A stretch of 41,480 nucleotides of DNA from a virus (taxonomy: Duplodnaviria; Caudoviricetes), in the IMG/VR virus record IMGVR_UViG_3300007622_000007, positions 1 through 41,480 of that record. One strand, written 5' to 3'. The notes below the pieces were generated by a model. That model searched no databases. It saw nothing but the letters and a program-made list of their open reading frames with translations, and was not told the origin of the DNA. Shown piece by piece: positions 16,777-24,600 of the stretch (its first letter is position 1; each line of letters starts with the position of its first letter). Position numbers and translations under genes: made by a program.

Positions 16777-17663
16777 TGGCAAATACGCTGAGAATTAAAA
16801 GAAGGTCATCTGCTGGAGCAGCGGGTGCACCAACAAGTTTAGAAAATGCGGAACTAGCATTTAACGAAGCAGACAATATTTTGTATTACGGTACAGGAAC
16901 TGGCGGAGCTGGCGGTAGTGCGACATCTGTTCTCGCAATCGGTGGTTATGGTGCATACACTACACTGGGTACATCTCAAACTATTACTGGGAATAAAACA
17001 TTTTCGGGGACAGTCATTGTTCCAACACCAAGTGCAAATACTCATGCTGCTACAAAAGCATATGTTGATAGTTCACTTCCAACTCTGTCTGGGACAGAGA
17101 ATCAAATTACTTACACATCTGGCACAGTAGCGCTCGCTGCTAATGTTGTTACTCCAGGTAATTTGACTGTAACGGGAGATTTGTTGGTTCAAGGCAATAC
17201 AACAACTCTTAATACATCTACTTTGGTTGTTGAAGATAAAAATGTTGTTATTGCTCAAGTCGCAACTCCTGATGACACAACAGCCGATGGCGCAGGAATT
17301 ACGGTTAAAGGAACAACGGATAAGACTTTGAATTGGATTGATGCAACAGACGCATGGACATCTTCTGAGCATTTTAATATTGTTGCGGGTAAATCATTTT
17401 ATATTGGTGGTTCAGCTGTTCTTTCTAATACAACTCTTGCTTCAAGTGTTGTTACATCAAGTCTTACTTCGGTTGGAACAATTGGTACAGGTGTATGGCA
17501 AGGTACTGCTGTAGGTCTTGCTTACGGTGGTACTGGTTCAACATCTGCCGGAACTGCAAGAACTGCATTAGGTCTTGCTATTGGTACAGATGTTCAGGCA
17601 TTTAGTTCTTTCCTTTCTAATGTTGCAGCTAATACAGCTACATATGATGGCGGAACATTTTAA
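16776..17663 (+). CDS. Fibre protein with Mtd_N-like N-terminus
   Basis: LRIKRR...APTSLENAELAFNEADNILYYG; QTITGNKTFS; HAATKAYVD; GNLTVTGDLLVQG.TT; SSLTSVGTI.TGVWQGT; ends YDGGTF. Confidence 0.75.
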   Translation: MANTLRIKRRSSAGAAGAPTSLENAELAFNEADNILYYGTGTGGAGGSATSVLAIGGYGAYTTLGTSQTITGNKTFSGTVIVPTPSANTHAATKAYVDSSLPTLSGTENQITYTSGTVALAANVVTPGNLTVTGDLLVQGNTTTLNTSTLVVEDKNVVIAQVATPDDTTADGAGITVKGTTDKTLNWIDATDAWTSSEHFNIVAGKSFYIGGSAVLSNTTLASSVVTSSLTSVGTIGTGVWQGTAVGLAYGGTGSTSAGTARTALGLAIGTDVQAFSSFLSNVAANTATYDGGTF

Positions 17664-17675
17664 TTAAGAGGCAAA

Positions 17676-17897
17676 ATGGCTAATGTTATAAAAATAAAAA
17701 ACTCAGGCACAGTTACGAACACTCCAACTTCTTTGGAATATGGGGAAATTGCTATCAACTATGCCGATCAAATTTTGTTTTATAAAAACTCTAGCAATGC
17801 TATTGTTTCTTTTGACATTAGTGGCGGGGCTGGTGTTTCTGAATTAGATGCTCAGGTTAGTGACCTAGAAGTGTCTTTGGCGATGCAAACCTTCTAA
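17676..17897 (+). CDS. Small Mtd_N-like protein
   Basis: IKIKNSGT...PTSLEYGEIAINYADQILFYKN followed by a short terminal helix. Confidence 0.65.
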   Translation: MANVIKIKNSGTVTNTPTSLEYGEIAINYADQILFYKNSSNAIVSFDISGGAGVSELDAQVSDLEVSLAMQTF

Positions 17898-17924
17898 GGC
17901 TTAGAAGGCGTTCTCTGTTATAAT
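17890..17924 (+). promoter_or_regulatory. Palindrome over the -35 region plus an extended -10
   Basis: CCTTCTAA-GGC-TTAGAAGG (17890-17908); TG-T-TATAAT (17916-17924). ATG 17934 has no SD. Confidence 0.6.
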
Positions 17925-17933
17925 TAATATATC

Positions 17934-18860
17934 ATGGATGATGTAAAAATTAACACAAGTAAAACACTTACTTTAACTTTGCCAAGTGATCCTACATCCA
18001 ATGTTGTTTCTACAAGTCTTTACCACGAGTTCGGTTCACTTGTTAGCGGCCCAACTAATGCAACAAGAACCGGAACTGGTGTTTATACGATTACATATGG
18101 TCAACAAGCTTCTGGCATCTATGTTCTTAATTCAGCAGGCAGACATCGTGTAGATTTTACTTACACAGTAAGCGGTACATCATATACGCAATCACAATAT
18201 ATAAATGTTTATACACCGTATTGTGATATTGATTTGTTTTTTGAAGAATACCCTGATTTAGAAAATGATTTTTATGACAAATTTGATTCTTATGAGAAAA
18301 GAGTTCGTAATATAATTAATACATTTTGTGGACAATCTTTTGAATTTTATTCAAATAAATTTTTTATTTTAAATGGTAACAATAAAAGTACTTTACCTCT
18401 CCCATTACCAATAGTTAATCTTTATTCGGTAACTATGAATGTCGGTGATGATGACGAAACATTGCTGCATGATTCAACAAATAACTCAATAAACAATATT
18501 GAAAAATCAAGAGAGCCATTTAACTTTCAATCCGGTAATTGGATTCAATTTAAGAATTCATTCCTAGACAGTGTTCAGGTGATTGTTGTTAGTAATAAAT
18601 TTAACGCTTCAGATGACTATAAAGTTCAAGGAGATTTTGGCTGGCAATTTGTTCCTAATAACATTGAGCAGGCAACAAATTTGCTTCTTGCAGACATGAT
18701 GACGGGAGACTCCGAATATAGAAGGCACGGGATGAAGAGTGTAGATATGGACATTATTAAGTATGATACAAAGGATTCATTTTATGAATCAACCGGCAAT
18801 ATTGATGCCGACATTTTACTTATGGACTACACAATTTTCATTATGGATTATGTGGTCTAA
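17934..18860 (+). CDS. Head-to-tail adaptor with N-terminal Ig-like domain
   Basis: YTPY...RNIINTFCGQSF...GDFGW..VP..IEQAT.LL...STGN..AD.LL.DY; first gene of the neck block. Confidence 0.65.
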   Translation: MDDVKINTSKTLTLTLPSDPTSNVVSTSLYHEFGSLVSGPTNATRTGTGVYTITYGQQASGIYVLNSAGRHRVDFTYTVSGTSYTQSQYINVYTPYCDIDLFFEEYPDLENDFYDKFDSYEKRVRNIINTFCGQSFEFYSNKFFILNGNNKSTLPLPLPIVNLYSVTMNVGDDDETLLHDSTNNSINNIEKSREPFNFQSGNWIQFKNSFLDSVQVIVVSNKFNASDDYKVQGDFGWQFVPNNIEQATNLLLADMMTGDSEYRRHGMKSVDMDIIKYDTKDSFYESTGNIDADILLMDYTIFIMDYVV

Positions 18861-18862
18861 TT

Positions 18863-19252
18863 ATGTCCTATGGTACATATTTTCGTTTTACTCACAACGG
18901 CGTTGTTTTTACTAAAAGTATTACAACAAATGCTGCAGGTCAAAAGTATCCAACGTTTACAAGTGCTGGTGTAATTAATTTCCAATTTCAAACACCTACG
19001 CTTTCTTCAACTGGAGGCGAAAAAAGAATCGCTCCATATAATGAAAACATATCTTACTATGAAGCAATCGTTCCCTTAAAGTATGATGAGTATTTAATTT
19101 TTGCAAACAGAATTGGGGAAGTGAAAGATAGATACGGTAATGCTATTAATTCTGATATTTATGAAATTATAGGGATACAACCTAAATTTGGTTTTTCTGG
19201 TAAAAAACATCATACTTTGGTTATGCTAAAAAGAGTTGTGGAGCCGCAATGA
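18863..19252 (+). CDS. Head-closure (stopper)-like protein
   Basis: Position after the adaptor, beta-rich 129 aa, YEIIGIQP.FG..G..HH...L.R ending. Confidence 0.55.
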   Translation: MSYGTYFRFTHNGVVFTKSITTNAAGQKYPTFTSAGVINFQFQTPTLSSTGGEKRIAPYNENISYYEAIVPLKYDEYLIFANRIGEVKDRYGNAINSDIYEIIGIQPKFGFSGKKHHTLVMLKRVVEPQ

Positions 19253-19533
19253 TAAAATTTATTATTTCCGGAAATGTTGATAATTATATTGATAAATTAA
19301 ACAAAATAAGTCTTGATCAACAAACTGCTATGGCTGAAGCAGCTGAGGCAACTGTACTAAAATTGCAACAAATTAACCCCGAATACGGTGTAGTGCGTTT
19401 AGAAAATGATAACGATACCTTTTTGATAACAGCAAGTAATGTTGGGGATGTTGATGATGTTAGTGATGATGCTAAAGAATTTTTTAAAGAAACTTTTAGG
19501 GAATCATTTATTAAATTAACAAGGGGGGTGTAG
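19249..19533 (+). CDS. Putative neck/tail-completion protein
   Basis: ATGA overlap. Lies between the stopper-like and terminator-like genes; the call is positional only. Confidence 0.35.
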   Translation: MIKFIISGNVDNYIDKLNKISLDQQTAMAEAAEATVLKLQQINPEYGVVRLENDNDTFLITASNVGDVDDVSDDAKEFFKETFRESFIKLTRGV

Positions 19534-19949
19534 TGGGTATTAGTATTTATGATGTTAACTCAAGACTAATTAGTGATGCTACATTGATTTCTTTAGCTGG
19601 TAAAACTATGAGTTTTTTTCCTGTAATAGCTACCAACAATGAGGCTGCCCCGTTTGTCACATATTTGTATCAGCCTCGGGTTCCGGATGTTGAGCAGTAT
19701 TGGATAAGATGCGATTACATTCGGTATTCTATTTTTGACACAGATGCTTCTAGGCTGTTTTCGTTGTCTGAGCGAATAATTAATTTATTATCAATAGGTG
19801 ATCAAGTTGGTCAAAGTGGGGGGATATCTCCTTCAGAAGTAAGGCCTTTGGCCTCTTATATGGTGGGTTCTAGCTTGACAGCCCCAATAGAGAAAGAGGG
19901 TTGGTACAGAATGAACCTTGATTTTAAAATTAAAAATGTTGATTATTAA
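19533..19949 (+). CDS. Tail terminator protein
   Basis: TAGTG-coupled. L..DATL..L....FFP......APFVTY.Y...IRYSIF...ERI..LL...GWYR..LDF pattern of gp17/U-like proteins. Confidence 0.65.
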   Translation: MGISIYDVNSRLISDATLISLAGKTMSFFPVIATNNEAAPFVTYLYQPRVPDVEQYWIRCDYIRYSIFDTDASRLFSLSERIINLLSIGDQVGQSGGISPSEVRPLASYMVGSSLTAPIEKEGWYRMNLDFKIKNVDY

Positions 19950-19951
19950 TG

Positions 19952-19999
19952 TGGTATACTCTATATTGCGCTTAGGCGCTTAACAGATTGTGTTATAAT
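19952..19999 (+). promoter_or_regulatory. Tandem extended -10 promoters
   Basis: TG-G-TATACT (19952-19960) and TG-T-TATAAT (19991-19999). ATG 20005 lies 6 nt after the second. Confidence 0.6.
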
Positions 20000-20004
20000 A
20001 AAAT

Positions 20005-20199
20005 ATGGTATACACTACAATTACATACATTGGAAAAGAACCTGGCTTCGTGGTAAAAATCTCGGGCAAGGTATACGATTTTGAATGGATGAAGGGTTTA
20101 GGTATCGGTAAGCGTGAAAACGAAATCGGTATTGAAGATTCAAAGAAGATTGCGCAATGGCGCGATAAAAAAGGTCGGAAGATATTCCGATTAGATTAA
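20005..20199 (+). CDS. Hypothetical basic protein (64 aa), probably leaderless
   Basis: Fills the gap between the terminator-like and tail tube genes; no SD. Confidence 0.6.
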   Translation: MVYTTITYIGKEPGFVVKISGKVYDFEWMKGLGIGKRENEIGIEDSKKIAQWRDKKGRKIFRLD

Positions 20200-20215
20200 A
20201 TCAGGAGGATTTAAA

Positions 20216-20785
20216 ATGGCAGTAACAGTAGCAAATATAGTCGTTGGCGAAGCAACAATTAAGCTTGGCACCAACGCAAACGCAACTAGCATCACAGCTA
20301 TGAACAGCTTTACAGATGTAGGTGCAACAACAAACGGTGTTGAAATTTCATGGGAACCAGAAATTGTTGACATTGAGGTAGATCAGTTTGGCGATGCAGC
20401 TAAGTTGATTCAATCAAAAGTTAAGGTTATGTTGAAGACAACCCTTGCAGAAGGAACTTTGACTAACTTGACAACAGCTTGGAACTATGACGATGGCGAC
20501 ATCGTTGTGAATGCTCCAGATGGAGCTAACACTCATACTTTCATGTTTGGAACACAATCAGTGTACCCAAATGAGAAGGGTGTTGTTGTAACTGGTTCAG
20601 CACCAGGTTCAAGTGCTGTAGCGATTAAGACTCGTAAATTCTACGCAAAGCGTGCTGTTTCAATGGAATCGTCAATGATTTCAATGAAGCGTGCAGAGGC
20701 AACGATGTTTACGGTAGGTTTCCGCATTCTTCCAACCATTGCAGACAGTGGTTATGAATACGGCAAGATCGTTGACCAAGACTAA
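20216..20785 (+). CDS. Major tail (tube) protein
   Basis: Strong SD AGGAGG. NIVVG.A...DVGAT.NGVEISWEP..VDIEVDQ...KTTLAE.TL.NL...KR.EATMF.V.FR.LP....YG.IVD; followed by chaperones and TMP. Confidence 0.85.
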   Translation: MAVTVANIVVGEATIKLGTNANATSITAMNSFTDVGATTNGVEISWEPEIVDIEVDQFGDAAKLIQSKVKVMLKTTLAEGTLTNLTTAWNYDDGDIVVNAPDGANTHTFMFGTQSVYPNEKGVVVTGSAPGSSAVAIKTRKFYAKRAVSMESSMISMKRAEATMFTVGFRILPTIADSGYEYGKIVDQD

Positions 20786-20816
20786 TATTTAAATAAAATA
20801 TAGTTTGTAAAGCTTG

Positions 20817-20862
20817 AAGTCCCGACACAATATGTGGTAAACTTATTGTGAAGGGGCTTTTT
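20817..20862 (+). terminator. Intrinsic terminator-like hairpin with a -10 element in its loop
   Basis: AAGTCCC (20817-23) pairs GGGGCTT (20853-59); CACAATA (20826-32) pairs TATTGTG (20844-50); a T run follows. The loop contains TG-G-TAAACT. Confidence 0.6.
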
Positions 20863-20888
20863 GCTTTCTTCTCAAACAAAAGGAACAG

Positions 20889-21203
20889 GTGATTAAATTG
20901 AGTGATAAAAATAATGATATTCTGGCAGGTAGAGAAATTCTATTTGCAGATGGTAAAGTTCGTGTAATTAAGCCATTGACAATTCGTAGTCTTCGTAAGT
21001 TTATGAAAGTTGTTAAGGATCTTAAAACTGAAGATACATTGACTGACGCTGACATTGACATCATGGTTGAAGCTGCAGGTATTGCCCTGTCGGTTGTTGA
21101 TCCAGTTTTAGCTTCTAACAAAGAAGCTCTTGAAGATGTTCTTGACTTGCGTTCGTTCGGTGAAGTTATGTCAGCCGCAATGGGGTCAGACCCTTCCTTG
21201 TAA
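20889..21203 (+). CDS. Tail assembly chaperone (G-like)
   Basis: Between tube and TMP. IKPLTIRSLRKFM...LED.LD...VM..A.GSDP. Start may be TTG 20898. Confidence 0.8.
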   Translation: MIKLSDKNNDILAGREILFADGKVRVIKPLTIRSLRKFMKVVKDLKTEDTLTDADIDIMVEAAGIALSVVDPVLASNKEALEDVLDLRSFGEVMSAAMGSDPSL

Positions 21204-21571
21204 GCGGAGAGGATGGTGAGCCTCTCAGTTGGGAGGATATTCCTCTCCTCAAGTATGAATCGGAATTGTTTGTAAAAACAGGTTCATGGTTGAACTTATA
21301 TGAATTAGAAAGCCAACTGACATTAAATGAGTTGTTTTTGTTGTATCGTGCTTGTGCAAATGAAACTTCAATGAACATGAAAATTGCTGCTGCCGCTCAA
21401 GGCGCAGATGTTGATTTTGACGATGATTGGTATGACCCTGCTCCTGTTCAACCGAAGAAGCCAGCATCTGCGATGGAGATGAAATCTAAAGGCATTTCTG
21501 GTTTCGGTATGGGGGCTACAACTGATGAAGATAGAAGACAAGCTTTCCCTGAGTTGTATGCTGACAAGTAA
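21191..21571 (+). CDS. Tail assembly chaperone T-like part, probably made as a G-T fusion by -1 frameshift
   Basis: The -1 frame is open from 21164 to 21571 and reads PFLVSGEDGEPLSWEDIPLLKYESELFVKTGSW..YELESQLTLNELF. A structured element follows CCCTTCC. Confidence 0.7.
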   Translation, partial: PFLVSGEDGEPLSWEDIPLLKYESELFVKTGSWLNLYELESQLTLNELFLLYRACANETSMNMKIAAAAQGADVDFDDDWYDPAPVQPKKPASAMEMKSKGISGFGMGATTDEDRRQAFPELYADK

Positions 21572-21578
21572 TACGGCA

Positions 21579-21607
21579 TTGCTTAATTTTCTCTATTGTG
21601 CGATAAT
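21579..21607 (+). promoter_or_regulatory. Promoter upstream of the tape measure gene
   Basis: TTGCTT (21579-84), 17 nt including TG at 21599-600, GATAAT (21602-07). ATG 21622 has no SD. Confidence 0.5.
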
Positions 21608-21621
21608 TTATAGTACAAACT

Positions 21622-24600
21622 ATGTCTGATATTAGCGGAAGTGATGAATCTATTAGGATAAATGCCGTTGTCACGGACAACGCTACTTCTGCTACAGCCA
21701 TAATTGCTAATGAATTAAATAATTTAGCTAATAGTATTGCTAGTTTAGCAAGTAGGCAAGTTTCTTTAGGTAATTCAACAAGTGCTTTAAATAAAGCATT
21801 AGGGCTGACCACTACTGGTGCGGTTAATGCTTCAAAAGTTACTTTTTCTTTATCTAAAAACAATAATTTACTGGCTGCTTCTATAGAACAAGCTAGAAAG
21901 AGTTTAGCATTATTAAATAAAGAATATTCTAATTTAAACAGAGCGGCAAGCGGAAGTGCAAAATTCAATCAAGCCTTTGCTCAAACAACAGGGCATTTAA
22001 ATAGCGCTATTAGCGCTCAAAGTTCATTTTCTCGTTTAATTCGTGGAAATGAATTAATAAATTATGGGAAAAAGGTATCGGGTCTGGGTACAGCTGCTCA
22101 GCAATCAGGGTATCTTTTTACTAGAAATTTTTCTGCTCCAATTATTATGGGGTTGAGGGAAGCGTTTTTTCAATTTAGTAAATTAGAAACTCAAAATGTT
22201 AGAATTACAAAACTTTTAAATGATAACTTCATGTCTACCGTTGACGCTAATGGTAAGTTTGTTTCCAGCCAGGTACAAGCTAGAGCCGCAGTTGATATGC
22301 TTGGAAAATCTTTAGATAAGATTACTGCTAAGTGGGGCGTGTCTAGAGTTCTTGTTCAGTCAATTGCCGGAGATTTTGCTGAGTTAGGTATCGGGATCAG
22401 TAATTCAACAATAGAAAGTGAACAGATGTTGTACAACTTGACAGCAATGACTGCCGAGATGGAAAAACTCGGTAATCTTGATATTACCGCTTCGCAAGAA
22501 TTTGTTTCAGCGATGTATCAAAATATATTGGCTGTTAGAAGAGAACTAGGTAGAAGTGTTCAGGTTAACGATGCGCAAGTTGCTGCCGAGATAGGGGCGG
22601 AGCTTCGTGGTCAGATGGCAATGTTTAACATAGTTGAAAACAAAACGGTTATGTCATTAAGAAACATTGCTGAAGCGTTTCCTGAAGTTTCTGCTGCTGC
22701 AACTATGTTTGGTTTAAATATGACTGAAGCTATTGCTATGGTTGTTCCGATGATTGCAACCGGTTTTCAAGTCGGAGCTTCAGCTAACTCTGTAAAAGTT
22801 TCTTTGCAAAGAATGGTTGCTCAAACAAAACAGAACACACAAATAATTGCTGGGTTGAATGAGGAACTTGGACCTAATTTTAAATATGCAGCTGGTATTG
22901 GTATTGAAAACTTAAATGACTTGACTAATAGTTTCCTTGCTTTGGAAAAAGCCAAGGGGAAGCAGGGTACTCTTGAATTAGCATCAAGAATGTTTGGTGT
23001 CCGTCAAGGGCCAAGAATGGCAACAACATTAAACCAAATGGGGCAATTTCAAGAGTCATTAAAAGGTCCTGGGCAAGATCAATCAAAAGGTTATGCGTCA
23101 GGAATTGTTACTGAAGAATACAAAATTGCTCAAGCTCTTGAAAGAAATGTTAACTTAAGGCTAAAGTCTGCGGGGTTAGAACAAATTACTGTACGCAGTA
23201 TTGAGGATATAGGAAAACTACATCGTGGTGCTAATGAGCAAATTTCTGCAACAAATAGTAGTTTAACCCGTAGGGCCGCACTGATTAAGCAAGGTCAAAT
23301 TGATGCGCAATCAGAATTGCAAAAGATTGCTTTAGCAAACGGTAAAAGTATTGACTTTATTTCTGAAACAGCAACAGAGTTTTCAAAAGTTTATCTGTCT
23401 ATGGGTTTTGATGTTGAGAATTATGCTGCCAAGATAACTGAACAGGAGTTGGAGTTAAGTCGCAATACTCCAAAGGTTAGATACGATTCACTCAAAGCTT
23501 CAATTGTTGCTATGGGTGTAGCAATTGTTCCCATTATAGATGATCTTGTAAAATTTGTTCTTCCGTTTTTTCAAAAATTTGCAAAAGCTATACAAGATAT
23601 GCCAACTTATGTAAAGAAAGTTGTTGGCGCATTTATGCTTCTCATGGCAGTTACTGGTCCTTTAACATTGGCTTTTGGAACTGTTAGAGTTTTGTTTGGT
23701 GGTGTTGTTCAAGCTTTAGGGAGATTAACTCTTGGGTTTGGGAAAGCAAGAGTTTCTGCCGTTAGCTTGATGGATATTATTAATAACCCTAATTTACTTA
23801 GAGGCGCAAAAGCTGTTACTCAGTTACCAGGAAGCCAAGGGTTTTTGGTTCAAGGCTCAAGCAGGGCAAGTCGGCTTCCATTTGGTTTAGGTGGGAAAAG
23901 GCCTTTAGATGTATCCGGTTTGGATTCTTCTTCTCTAGATGTTCTTAGGCAATCAAATATTCTTCCAAATCAAAGTAGATCAACATTGGCAAGTCCGATG
24001 GGCATGGCAAAAAAGTTTTTAAGGGATCGTAGAGAGCAAGCTCCATCTACATCTGAGCTGTTGTCTACTCTGATGTCAAATGAAAGTACTAAAGCTAAAA
24101 CTGCTGCGGAAGCTGCAAAGAAAATAACTGATTCTGTTGAGAAAAGTTCAGCCAAGGGTGTTAAAACTTTGGCTGATGGAACAAAAGGGGCTCTTTCAAA
24201 AGTTGCAAAAACTATTGGCTCAATATTTCAAAATAATACTTTTGTAGGAAACACATTTACAGGCGGCACAGGCGGCAAATTTGGTCCAGGTGGCAAGGGG
24301 ATTGGGCCGTCTTCTCCTTCTACTGGCGGGACATCTCCTCGCGGCCCCCCTAAACAAACTGCTGACAAAAATCGCCCAGCTATACCAGTTAATCCTAGTA
24401 AGGAATTAACTCCCGGATCGCAGGTACTACCACAACTCGGCCCAAGAGGGTTGCCGGTAAACAAGCTTCCATCATCAATGAATCTTGATGAGCTTATTGA
24501 AAGAAGAACAGAACTTTTAAAATCTTTAACAAACCCAAATGTAGACGCGGGTTTTCAAAATTGGAACAAGGCAAGTTTAAAAACAGTAAACGATTTAATT

